DNA from: an uncultured Pseudomonadota bacterium
GTDB taxonomy: Bacteria; Pseudomonadota; Gammaproteobacteria; Steroidobacterales; Steroidobacteraceae
DNA: 64,000 bases
Direction of reading: 5' to 3'
NCBI GenBank assembly: GCA_963748005.1
Contig: CAVVHH010000002.1
Coordinates: forward strand, 2,085,336 to 2,149,335
The translations under genes were made by a program, and so were the position numbers. Below are positions 18,858 to 27,834 of the stretch, piece after piece (within the stretch, counting starts at the first letter, position 1; each line of letters starts with the position of its first letter). The notes beneath the pieces were generated by a model that saw only the letters and a program-made list of their open reading frames with translations, was not told where the DNA came from and searched no databases.

Positions 18858-21396
18858 ACTCTCGCTACTCGATGAATTGCGTAGGGGCGGCTATGAATCT
18901 TCGCTGATTACGACCTTCAATGCCTATCTGCCGTTTTACGAAGAGGTCGTTTTGCGGCGTCTTATGAGCGCAGGGGTTCGGCATAACGTGCTGATGATGG
19001 ATTCGCAGCAATACGCAGCTTCGCTGGGTAGCCATCCACCGCGCCTGGCCGGTCGCCGGTACACGCTGCTTCCTGTCGATGTTCCGGGAGCATTTCATCC
19101 CAAACTTATTTTCCTCGTGGGTAAGAGTAAGGGGCTCGTAGCAATTGGCAGTCACAATATGACGCTATCCGGTTTTGGCTTTAATCGTGAACTAACGAAT
19201 GTAGTAACGATTAAAGGCGCTAACGACTCAGCAGGTATTGCCGTTGCGCGAGATGTTTGGAAGGAGGTCGAGTTGTGGCTGGAAATCGCGTCCAAGCATG
19301 TACCTGGGCAAGTGGTCGACATGGTGCTGCGAGTTAAAGAATCAGCACCATGGCTAGATACGGAATCTGTTCCAGACGAAGCGATCAAAGTTATTGCGGG
19401 TCGTCCCGGCGGCAAGCCGCTATGGGAACAATTCACACAGCTAACCTCTGGTAGTGCTACTGACATCCTGTTAAGCGGCGCCTTCTTTGATGAACAGCTA
19501 AAATTCATAGAAAGAATCAAACAGAATCTGAAGCCGAACCACCTAGTGATCGGTGTTGACCCTAAGTCAGTTCAAATTTCAAATAAGGCAAGATCGCTTC
19601 TTGACGTATCGCTAGTTAACGCCAGCACCCTCGCAGCAGAAAAGCCGGCACAGGAAAAAGGTACCGGTTATTTACATGCGAAGGCCATATTCGTACGTCA
19701 GACAGATGGCGAAACGATCTTCGCCTCCGGCAGCGCTAATCCCAGCACGCCCGCGTGGCTGGCGACCGATACAACCGGCAACGTAGAGTTGATGCTGGTA
19801 CGTCGAGGTGAGAGCGCAGTGCTTGCTGCTGAAGAAACGGGGTTCTTGGGCCTCCTCGAGATGCCGGTGCTGGATGATAATGACTGGACTGCCATTCACG
19901 AGAATCACACAAAGAACAAGGTATCCGAGCCACCAGGCTACGCTAGCGGGATCGCAGTTGTTGAGGATGGGGCAGTCCATATCCAGATGGCACTACTCGA
20001 CCATCTGGTTGATCCGGAGTTCGTACTGCTGAACGAACAAGGCCAGGAGGTCGATCGGTCAAAGCGTGTCCATGTGGGTGGCAATCATGCGCTAATTGAA
20101 TTCCCGCCCGACAAGCTGACGACGGCAGTAATGCTCGAGTGTTTCATCTCCGATCAACTGGTGTTGAAATTGTTGTTGCATCATTCACGCGCCATCGAAG
20201 AGCAGGCTCGCACTGGTGTCCAGCGTAAGTTCAAGGAGGCGCTGCTGAGTCTGAACAGTGGCTCACCCAATTTCGCGCTGCTACTGGAGTGTTTGGACAA
20301 GATGTTATTTTCAGATGAGCGCAATGCGTCTGCCCCGCTGCTCCGTGAAGCTGGCGCGCGGGACCAGTCAGAAACCGAAGACAACCTTGATCCAGGGTCC
20401 TTGGCAATCGATGTAAAAGACATAAAGAAGAGAAAATCCAAGCGGCGCTTGCTCCACACCGGCGATCTGGCGTACTTGCTGGATACCTTGATCTATCACC
20501 TCAAATATCACGAAGAAAAAGCGATCGAGGAGCTGGATCGGTTTGGTCGAAATGAAGAGGAGCAGGTCGATTCCGACGATGAAGACGACTCAGTCGCGGC
20601 GAGGGAACTGGTAGATGAACAGAACCAGCTTTTAGCTCTTTGCCATTCAAAAGTTCACACTGTGGTTAATCGCATGTTGGCTCAATTTGCAGCATATACA
20701 GCCGGCAAACAGCCGCTCGCCAACGTGATAGTGCGCCTGCTGGGGGTCTTGGCAGTTCTTCGCGAACTCCGATCCTGCGATGGGCGTTCTACTTGGGTCG
20801 AAAAGGGTCAGACCGCAGTACCTGAAGAGGAGCGTGTTCGGTTGCTGAATACCGTCATGCTCACTCTGTTCGAAGGTAAGACCTCGCTACTGAACCTCGA
20901 TCCTCTTGGCGAGGAGTTCGCGCAGAGCGACGATGTGGCGCGTCTTAAGGGTCTTGTGCTCTGGCTGGCCTGGGACTGCGGCCTGACGCTGGACCTTCGT
21001 AAGCCTTTCATGGAAGACATTGAGGATCGGCGCCAACGACTGCTAGAAAATGCCATGGTATTGGCCTTGGCTCAGCTCATTCGTAATGACGATGTGGTGA
21101 TTGACGAAGCGCGCCAAAGCATCGGCAGCCTCTCCACCAGTGAGATGGAATGGCTCAAAGACGTAGAGAAGCTGGCTTCGCAATGTGAGTCACTCCAGTC
21201 TGGTCGCGAAGGTCTGAGAGATGCCGTCCATGCGGAGCCGGGTGACATCGCCATCCACAAGACAGTGAAAAACTGGACGCTTCGGATCGTCGACAGTAGC
21301 GATGAGGAACGCATCTCGCTGATCAAGCTGGTCGATTCAGATGACGATCTGATCCCGTTCAAGGCAGATCACGTCTTGGTAGGAAAGCTTTCGTAG
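18847..21396 (+). CDS. PLD-superfamily (Nuc/BfiI-like nuclease fold) protein with two degenerate HKD motifs and a long helical, charged C-terminal region
   Basis: 849 aa; GGAG lies 7 nt upstream of the ATG. Motif 1 is FHPKLIFLVGKSKGLVAIGSHNMT (H84, K86). Motif 2 is LHAKAIFVRQTDGETIFASGSANPS (H277, K279). No signal peptide or TM. Confidence 0.75.
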   Translation: MHPKLSLLDELRRGGYESSLITTFNAYLPFYEEVVLRRLMSAGVRHNVLMMDSQQYAASLGSHPPRLAGRRYTLLPVDVPGAFHPKLIFLVGKSKGLVAIGSHNMTLSGFGFNRELTNVVTIKGANDSAGIAVARDVWKEVELWLEIASKHVPGQVVDMVLRVKESAPWLDTESVPDEAIKVIAGRPGGKPLWEQFTQLTSGSATDILLSGAFFDEQLKFIERIKQNLKPNHLVIGVDPKSVQISNKARSLLDVSLVNASTLAAEKPAQEKGTGYLHAKAIFVRQTDGETIFASGSANPSTPAWLATDTTGNVELMLVRRGESAVLAAEETGFLGLLEMPVLDDNDWTAIHENHTKNKVSEPPGYASGIAVVEDGAVHIQMALLDHLVDPEFVLLNEQGQEVDRSKRVHVGGNHALIEFPPDKLTTAVMLECFISDQLVLKLLLHHSRAIEEQARTGVQRKFKEALLSLNSGSPNFALLLECLDKMLFSDERNASAPLLREAGARDQSETEDNLDPGSLAIDVKDIKKRKSKRRLLHTGDLAYLLDTLIYHLKYHEEKAIEELDRFGRNEEEQVDSDDEDDSVAARELVDEQNQLLALCHSKVHTVVNRMLAQFAAYTAGKQPLANVIVRLLGVLAVLRELRSCDGRSTWVEKGQTAVPEEERVRLLNTVMLTLFEGKTSLLNLDPLGEEFAQSDDVARLKGLVLWLAWDCGLTLDLRKPFMEDIEDRRQRLLENAMVLALAQLIRNDDVVIDEARQSIGSLSTSEMEWLKDVEKLASQCESLQSGREGLRDAVHAEPGDIAIHKTVKNWTLRIVDSSDEERISLIKLVDSDDDLIPFKADHVLVGKLS

Positions 21397-21807
21397 ACGT
21401 AGACGGTTCCGGGCACGGCGTTAGCGGTAATTCGCGCGAGCGATACGCTTCAATGACTTTCAATTACTGGTTTGGAACAGCATTGACGTCCGCTCCGGGT
21501 CGTTAGTGTCGTTCTTGTTCTCGACTATATTTGCTGGGAACACTGGAATTGGTACACCTCTGGGCTTCGACGACCGCGCGAGTCTCGCCTGCTTCTTGGC
21601 GACATGGTCTTCAATGATGATCTGATTGCTCTCCAGACGTGCATCGCAACCTTGGTGAATCCATCCGGCGCGCGTGCCTAGAACATCAGGATGCTGGAGT
21701 TCATCGTGGACTTGGCTGCCATCCAGCGATATATGAGCGTATCGAACTGGCCCATGTTGACAGCCGTGCGCCGTGCGATGGCGAACGGCTGTCGGGAAAG
21801 CACTGTT

Positions 21808-22974
21808 TCAATTGGCAAGAAACGCGAACACGGCCGGACTTGGAATCGACATGGATTCACCGGTCGGTGTCAGCTTTCCAGTCGAACGTTCAACGCTGAA
21901 CACCACCACCGAATTCGAGACATCGTTGGCGAGCAGCAGCCAGCGTCCCGTGGGATCGAAGGTAAAACTGCGCGGTGACTTGCCTTGCGCGGCAATGCGC
22001 TGAATTTCGGCGAGCTTGCCGGTGCTCTTGTTCACTTCGTACACGACGATGCTGTCCTGATCGCCGCGCAACGTTAAATACAGAAAGCGACCGTCGCGCG
22101 ACATGCCGATTTCAGCCGAGCTCTTGGCATTGCCGGTATACCCGGCGGGATATGCTGGCACGGCCTCAACGAGTTGCAGGGTCGCCTGTTTCGCATCCCA
22201 GCGATAGATCAGCACTTCGGCGCTGAGCTCAGTGTTCACATACAGGAATTTTCCATTCGGATGAAACACCTGATGGCGCGGACCCGTGCCGGGCTGTGAT
22301 GCCACAAAGGGTGTTGCTGCCGGTGTCAGCGCGCGTGTTTTCCCGTCGAAGTGATAGACGAAGGTGCGATCTGCGCCCATATCGGTTGAGATCAGGTAAC
22401 GGTTCGTGGGATCGACAGCGGAGGAGTGGGGGTGAGGTGCGGCTTGCCGGGGATGCGGGCCGGTGCCGTATTCCTTCTGGCTTGATGCAACCGGTCCAAG
22501 CTGTCCGTCCGACAGAACAGGCACGGCTGTTACATCACCACTGGCGAACGAGGAACCGAACAGTGTTTTTGATTTTGCATCCAGATACAGATAAGTCGTG
22601 TCTCGTCCACCGGAGCTGACCCGGTTGAGTTCCTTCAACGTGCCCGTGGCTTTGTCTGCTGCAAAGCTGTGAATGTTTGAATTCACCGTCAGACCACCTT
22701 CGGCATTCGCCACCGAATACACCACCGGCAGTTTCGGATGTGTTACCACCCAGGCGGCATTCTCCAGTTCAGCCTGAAGACCAATCATGGTCAGCTTGCC
22801 GGTGTTGCTGTCAAAACGAGCGGCATAAACGCCCACTTTGGGACGCGGCGTACCTGCAGCAGGCGGGGCGCCTGCACGCGTGCCTATGTAGAGCAGGTTG
22901 CTGGTGGCTTCTTTGGCTTGCACTGTCAGCGCCACCAATCCAAGGCACAGTGCCACGAATGTCTGTCGTTTCAT
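21808..22974 (-). CDS. Exported lactonase, 7-bladed beta-propeller family (6-phosphogluconolactonase/muconate-lactonising-enzyme-like)
   Basis: 388 aa with a signal peptide (FVALCLGLVALTVQA). It has the repeated propeller pattern and motifs GTGPRHQVFHPNGKFLYVNTELS and PRSFTFDPTGRWLLLAN, typical of this lactonase family. Confidence 0.75.
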   Translation of the reverse strand: MKRQTFVALCLGLVALTVQAKEATSNLLYIGTRAGAPPAAGTPRPKVGVYAARFDSNTGKLTMIGLQAELENAAWVVTHPKLPVVYSVANAEGGLTVNSNIHSFAADKATGTLKELNRVSSGGRDTTYLYLDAKSKTLFGSSFASGDVTAVPVLSDGQLGPVASSQKEYGTGPHPRQAAPHPHSSAVDPTNRYLISTDMGADRTFVYHFDGKTRALTPAATPFVASQPGTGPRHQVFHPNGKFLYVNTELSAEVLIYRWDAKQATLQLVEAVPAYPAGYTGNAKSSAEIGMSRDGRFLYLTLRGDQDSIVVYEVNKSTGKLAEIQRIAAQGKSPRSFTFDPTGRWLLLANDVSNSVVVFSVERSTGKLTPTGESMSIPSPAVFAFLAN

Positions 22975-22986
22975 CGTTGGTTTCCT

Positions 22987-24309
22987 TCAGAGATGCTTGT
23001 TGATCATGTCCACTACAGTGTTGACGATGCCATTCTCGACACAGCCACGCACAGCAGAGTTGCTTTGAACTTCAGCGGTGGGCGTGTCATAGGCCGCATC
23101 ATCGACGAAGTAACCGGTGCGGTCGTTCGCCATCGACACCATGATGGTGTTGGCCAGCGGCGAGGCCTGCTTGAGATGATAGTAGATGTTGGTCAGCACT
23201 TCGCCCGATACCGATGCCAGCGCGATCTTGTCGATCAGAATCAGGCTGAGGCGGATGGGCACGCCGGTGATCTGTTCCGGCTTCATGCCGCCCAGCTGGA
23301 AGTACTGGTGCTCTCTGGCGCCCTCGCGCAATGGGCAGGTGATGATGCGTTCTTCGGCTGACACCTTGGTCGCCGCAATCGTCGGCCGGATCTGGTTGGC
23401 GACGCGCACGACTTCCGCGCCGAGCATGAAGCCCTGCGCGTTCATCACCTCGAACGCAGCCGGGCGTTTGTCCTTGTTCTCGGCAGCGGTGGGCAGGTCG
23501 TAAATCCGCGGGTCCTGATCGCCGCCGGGGCCCATTGTGAATAGCGCGACCACCTTGTCGCCGTACTGCTGCTCGACATAGCGCTCGGCCGCGCCGGGCA
23601 GGTCGCCGCTGACCATCTTCTCGCGGCGCGTCACCACCGGGTGCACACCGTAATTGAACATCACTGCCAGCGGTTCGCCCGCCAGTGTCTCGAACTTGAG
23701 CACCCACACGGTTTTGTCCGAAGGACCGTTCTCGTTGACGCCATAAACCCAGCCCTTGGGCGTATAGACATCGCGGTTCACATTGACGTCGGCATGGCCG
23801 GTACCGAGTCCTATGCGCGCCGGTTGCAGCGCCGCCTTGGCCTGCTTGAGCGCGGCAACGATGCGGTCGTTGACGAAGCTGGTGTAGACATCGACTTCAG
23901 GTCCACCGGTCTTGGCATTGGCGCCCGGTGTGCGATTGCCCAGCATGGGCGCGCTGTGATCGTGGGTGGCAGCAATGATGATGTGGCTGGCGGGAATCCC
24001 GAGTTCCTTCTGGATGCGCTCGCGCACCGGCAGCGTATTGCCCAACTGGTTGTTGTCGAGTGACACCAGCGCAACGGAGTTGCTGCCGTTGTCGATGATC
24101 ACTACGCGGGCGAAGATGGGGTCGTGCACACCGATAAAGTTTTCACCGTCATTCGGATTCACCTTGATCAGACTCGTAGGCGTGATATCCAGCTTGGCCA
24201 CGCCGACACGCAGAGCGTTTGCGTCCGCTGCCCAGAGCGATTGGGTTGACAGCGCCAGCAAGCAACACGCCGAGCCCAGCAGATTGGCGATCAGGCCGCG
24301 ATTATTCAC
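22987..24309 (-). CDS. Exported neutral-ceramidase-like hydrolase (paralogue 2 of 3)
   Basis: ORF 22987..24435. The preferred start is the GTG at 24309 with GGGGGAGG 5 nt upstream, giving a signal peptide. LRVGVAKLDITP and IIAATHDHSAP are present, and it is colinear with paralogue 1. Confidence 0.7.
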   Translation of the reverse strand: MNNRGLIANLLGSACCLLALSTQSLWAADANALRVGVAKLDITPTSLIKVNPNDGENFIGVHDPIFARVVIIDNGSNSVALVSLDNNQLGNTLPVRERIQKELGIPASHIIIAATHDHSAPMLGNRTPGANAKTGGPEVDVYTSFVNDRIVAALKQAKAALQPARIGLGTGHADVNVNRDVYTPKGWVYGVNENGPSDKTVWVLKFETLAGEPLAVMFNYGVHPVVTRREKMVSGDLPGAAERYVEQQYGDKVVALFTMGPGGDQDPRIYDLPTAAENKDKRPAAFEVMNAQGFMLGAEVVRVANQIRPTIAATKVSAEERIITCPLREGAREHQYFQLGGMKPEQITGVPIRLSLILIDKIALASVSGEVLTNIYYHLKQASPLANTIMVSMANDRTGYFVDDAAYDTPTAEVQSNSAVRGCVENGIVNTVVDMINKHL

Positions 24310-24578
24310 ATTAACCTCCCCCGGATATTGTTCGTAATTAGTCTTGTATTGGTGGGACTGGGCGATGCACAACCAGTCGACCACGTCGCCAAGTCTGTCC
24401 GATGTGAAGCCACATCTAAATACCACGGGCAGCAAAATTGCGCAGATTGAATCACCGGGTCTTTACAATCGATCCATGTGTGAAGCGGAAGCGACCCACA
24501 ATTCGCATGTCAGCAGTTGCAGCGACTGCGTGACCGGGTTCTGTAAAGAAATGACAACAATCCACCTGGGGTAAAGAC

Positions 24579-25772
24579 GTGCGTTCAGTTCATCGCATCA
24601 TCACCATATTCGTGGTGATCTTCACACTGTATCTGGGCGTCACCGGAACGCTGATCCAGCTGGTCGATCTGCGTACCTTGTTTACCCATGCGCCGGCCGA
24701 AGATCCCAACATGGCTTCGATCCGCGAAGGTATTAACGGTCCGGGCAGCTTTCAGGTGATTGCCAATGCGGACTATACCGGTGCCGTGCTGCCTGCCGAC
24801 CTGAATCTTGAAACCACCCTGGACAAGGTTCTCGAGTCTGCGCGCGCCGCGCAGGGCGATGTGCCGTTGGCATATCTGGAACTGCGCATGGCGGATGGCA
24901 AACCGGTGGGCCAGGTGAAAGCCAATAACCAGGTACTGCGCTTTGACGCCATCACGGGTGATTCCCTGGGTCCGGTCGTTGTGCCACACGAGCCGCAGAT
25001 GCCAGACTCGCAGCGCAACACGGTCAAGCATCTGCACCGCATGACCGCCATTGGCGACTGGACGCTGTGGATCAACGTCGTTGTAGGCGTCTCGTTGTGC
25101 GTGATGCTGGTTACCGGTCTGGTGATGTACGTCCAGCTGCTGTCCGCGCGTGCACGCTCGAAGCGTTCCGGGCTGTTCTGGCAGGCGGGAGGATGGTGGC
25201 GCTCTGTGCATCGCTGGATTTCGCTGACTTCGGCCGTGTTTCTGCTGGCGGTGGCGCTGAGTGGCACCTGGCTGGCGGTCGAATCGCTCGCCTTCGGTGT
25301 CTACATGGCCACCCATAAGCCGGTGCCCGGTGCACCGCGTCCCAATCCCATCACGCCGCTGATCGATGTTGATGTGCCCGCCATGGCCAACACAACGCTG
25401 GCTGCATATAAAGCCACCAATCCGGACCTTCCAATCAGAGTGTTGCGATTGCGCACCTTCGGCGGCATGCCGCAAGGCGTGATCATTACCGGTGCTGAAG
25501 AAGCAGAGCAGTGGGTGTTCAACGCGACTACTGGGCGCAGGGCCAGCGAAACCGAACCCGGCTATCCCGTCACCGGCTTCCCCTTCGGCTGGCAGGCGCA
25601 CCAGATTGCCAAGCAAGTCCATCGTGGCGACTTCATCGGCCTGACAGGCCGCTGGATGGATCTGTTCGCCGGCCTGTCGATGATCTATCTCTCCATCTCC
25701 GGCGCAGTGATGTACTTCGACATGTGGAGTCGGCGACGGCGGATGGGTCGCACTGGCTGGTTGTGGAAGTGA
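24579..25772 (+). CDS. PepSY-associated TM helix domain protein (PiuB-like)
   Basis: 397 aa with a GTG start. HRIITIFVVIFTLYLGVTGTLIQ and the C-terminal HRGDFIGLTGRWMDLFAGLSMIYLSISGAVMY are typical of the PepSY_TM family. Confidence 0.75.
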   Translation: MRSVHRIITIFVVIFTLYLGVTGTLIQLVDLRTLFTHAPAEDPNMASIREGINGPGSFQVIANADYTGAVLPADLNLETTLDKVLESARAAQGDVPLAYLELRMADGKPVGQVKANNQVLRFDAITGDSLGPVVVPHEPQMPDSQRNTVKHLHRMTAIGDWTLWINVVVGVSLCVMLVTGLVMYVQLLSARARSKRSGLFWQAGGWWRSVHRWISLTSAVFLLAVALSGTWLAVESLAFGVYMATHKPVPGAPRPNPITPLIDVDVPAMANTTLAAYKATNPDLPIRVLRLRTFGGMPQGVIITGAEEAEQWVFNATTGRRASETEPGYPVTGFPFGWQAHQIAKQVHRGDFIGLTGRWMDLFAGLSMIYLSISGAVMYFDMWSRRRRMGRTGWLWK

Positions 25773-25899
25773 AGCGCCCAGCACCTGGTTGCTGCTGACT
25801 ACGAGCCGGATCACAAGAGGCTTAAGGAGTACTTATAGCTGAGCCATCTCTGTGCGCGTATGCTTGCCATCGGACCATGGACAGAAAGGAGGATCTGAG

Positions 25900-27603
25900 A
25901 TGGCTATATCTGACTTCCAGGTTACTGGTAAGAACCCGAAAGCGTTCTTTACGCTGAAACTCCATCGCGGCGACGGGATGTGTCTTATCGCGATGAACTG
26001 GAAGAAGGGCAAACCACCAAATGACTTCGTGGGGTTCGCGATTGAAAGCAAGCCACCGGGCGGCGACAGCTTTTTCCCCCTGAACAATCGCATAGCGTTT
26101 GCGGGCGCAGATGGTTCGATCAATCCGCTGCAATTATCGACGCTTGTTTCGCCCATTCAGAAATTTCGCTGGGTGCATTTTCCACGCAACGCCAACCTCG
26201 ACGGCGAATTCACGTATCGGGTTACACCCATCTTCATGGATGCCGAAGACCGGCTCAGTCAGGGCAGCCCGCAGGAAGCCGGCATTGAGCTTCGCCGCGA
26301 AACTTATCCGGGACAAGTCAACGTTACCTTTACGCGTGGGTTCGTTTCTTCGCAGGCGTTTGTAGATCGCTTCGAAAAATCCGGACCGATCAAGACACTT
26401 CTGCCCGCCAAGGCGGCCGACGGCCTGAAGTTCAAACCGACGCACCCCAAGGCGAAGGAAGCGCTCGCGTGGATGGGATTCGAAACCCGTGAAAGCATCT
26501 TTGATCTTCTCGATCAGGCGATAAAAGAAAAGGCCGAGGTTCGCGTCGTGGCCTACGACCTGAGCGAGCCGGAGGTTGTCGGGCGGTTTGCGAAGCTCGG
26601 CAAGCGCCTGAAAATCATCATCGACGATAGCAAGGAGCACGGCGAACCAGCGTCCGGCGAGTCCCAGGCTGCAAAGCGACTCGAAAAAACCGCTGGCAAG
26701 GCGAACGTGAAGCGGCAGCACATGAAAAGCCTGCAGCACAACAAGATGATCATCGTTGCTGGCGCGACCAGGAAAGTTGTGTTCGGCTCCACCAATCTCA
26801 GCTGGCGCGGACTGTATGTACAGGCCAACAATGCCCTTATTGCCGAGGGAACCAAGCCAGTCGAACTCGCGCTCGCGGCGTTCGACAATTACTTCAACAA
26901 TGAAACGACATTCGGCGATACCAAATCGGCAACACTGACCAACCTGGGGCTCAAGAACATCGACGCACAAGTTGCATTTTCTCCACATTCTTCCGCAAAT
27001 TCCCTGCTCGATGAGATCGGTAAAGACATCGACAGGACCACCTCGTGCTTGTTCTATTCGCTCGCTTTTCTCTCGATTACCCCGGGCGTCGTCAAGGAAG
27101 CAATCAGGAAGGTCTCAAAGAAACCGGGCATCTTCGTGTACGGCATCGCCGACAAGAAAGTTGGCGGCATCGATCTGCAGATGCCGAATGGAAACATCGC
27201 TCCAGTATTTGCCGCTGCGCTCGACAAGAATATTCCGGCGCCTTTCAACAAGGAACCCACGGGCGGTGGCGGCAATCGCATGCATCACAAGTTCGTCGTG
27301 ATCGACTTCGACAAGCCAACTGCACGGGTTTACCTCGGCTCTTACAATTTCTCGATCCCGGCCGACCAGAAGAACGGCGAAAACTTGCTGGTGATCCGCG
27401 ATCGACGTATCGCGGTGTCCTATACCATCGAAGCGTTGCGCATCTTCGACCACTATCATTTCCGGGTCGCCCAACGCGAAGCCAAGAAAGCCAAGAAGCC
27501 GCTGCAGCTTGCCAAGCCACCGAGCAAAGCTGGCGAGAAGCCCTGGTGGGCCGAAGACTATACGGATGCGCGAAAAATCCGCGATCGCGAGTTGTTTGCG
27601 TAG
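25900..27603 (+). CDS. Phospholipase D-like protein with two HKD motifs and a ~200-aa N-terminal domain of unknown function; no signal peptide
   Basis: The ATG at 25900 has AGGAGG 7 nt upstream. Motifs: LQHNKMIIVAGATRKVVFGSTNLS and MHHKFVVIDFDKPTARVYLGSYNFS (canonical HxKx4D...GSxN). Confidence 0.85.
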   Translation: MAISDFQVTGKNPKAFFTLKLHRGDGMCLIAMNWKKGKPPNDFVGFAIESKPPGGDSFFPLNNRIAFAGADGSINPLQLSTLVSPIQKFRWVHFPRNANLDGEFTYRVTPIFMDAEDRLSQGSPQEAGIELRRETYPGQVNVTFTRGFVSSQAFVDRFEKSGPIKTLLPAKAADGLKFKPTHPKAKEALAWMGFETRESIFDLLDQAIKEKAEVRVVAYDLSEPEVVGRFAKLGKRLKIIIDDSKEHGEPASGESQAAKRLEKTAGKANVKRQHMKSLQHNKMIIVAGATRKVVFGSTNLSWRGLYVQANNALIAEGTKPVELALAAFDNYFNNETTFGDTKSATLTNLGLKNIDAQVAFSPHSSANSLLDEIGKDIDRTTSCLFYSLAFLSITPGVVKEAIRKVSKKPGIFVYGIADKKVGGIDLQMPNGNIAPVFAAALDKNIPAPFNKEPTGGGGNRMHHKFVVIDFDKPTARVYLGSYNFSIPADQKNGENLLVIRDRRIAVSYTIEALRIFDHYHFRVAQREAKKAKKPLQLAKPPSKAGEKPWWAEDYTDARKIRDRELFA

Positions 27604-27834
27604 GATTGAAATCCAGGCAAACGATAGCTTGCAACATGGCTCCCACAATGGGTACGTCGCGCTGGTTTGGCTAAATGTCGAGGAGCTCGTGGGCGCACGG
27701 GGAAGACGTGCGCCGCAAAAAAACTAGAACTAACTGGTCATGGAGAATCGTCGATCCGATTCTTGGCCTGGCTATTACGGTGCCGTGCAGATATGCGCTG
27801 TAAACCTGAGAGTTGGCGCCGCACTGTACCTTGG

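Noticed and set aside
21397-21807. Possible gene remnant or small gene to the right of the cassette (ORFs 21639..21899 +, 21691..21978 +, 21678..21860 -)
   Set aside because: All of them overlap the 3' end of the well-supported lactonase gene or lack start codons, and their translations match nothing I recognise. I treat the region as non-coding or degenerate and note it only under the island finding.
24585-25814. 409-aa antisense ORF opposite the PepSY-TM gene. Similar long shadow ORFs occur at 60170..61492, 30179..30952, 32136..32960, 33069..33926, 36334..37263 and 40199..41332.
   Set aside because: These are typical GC-rich antisense shadow ORFs with Arg/Gly/His-rich, motif-free translations. 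The opposite strand has clear family motifs in every case.
27692-27723. Hairpin GGCGCACG/CGTGCGCC followed by an A7 run, downstream of the PLD gene
   Set aside because: On the plus strand the stem is followed by A rather than U. On the minus strand the U-run precedes the stem. It is therefore not a canonical intrinsic terminator for either flanking gene.
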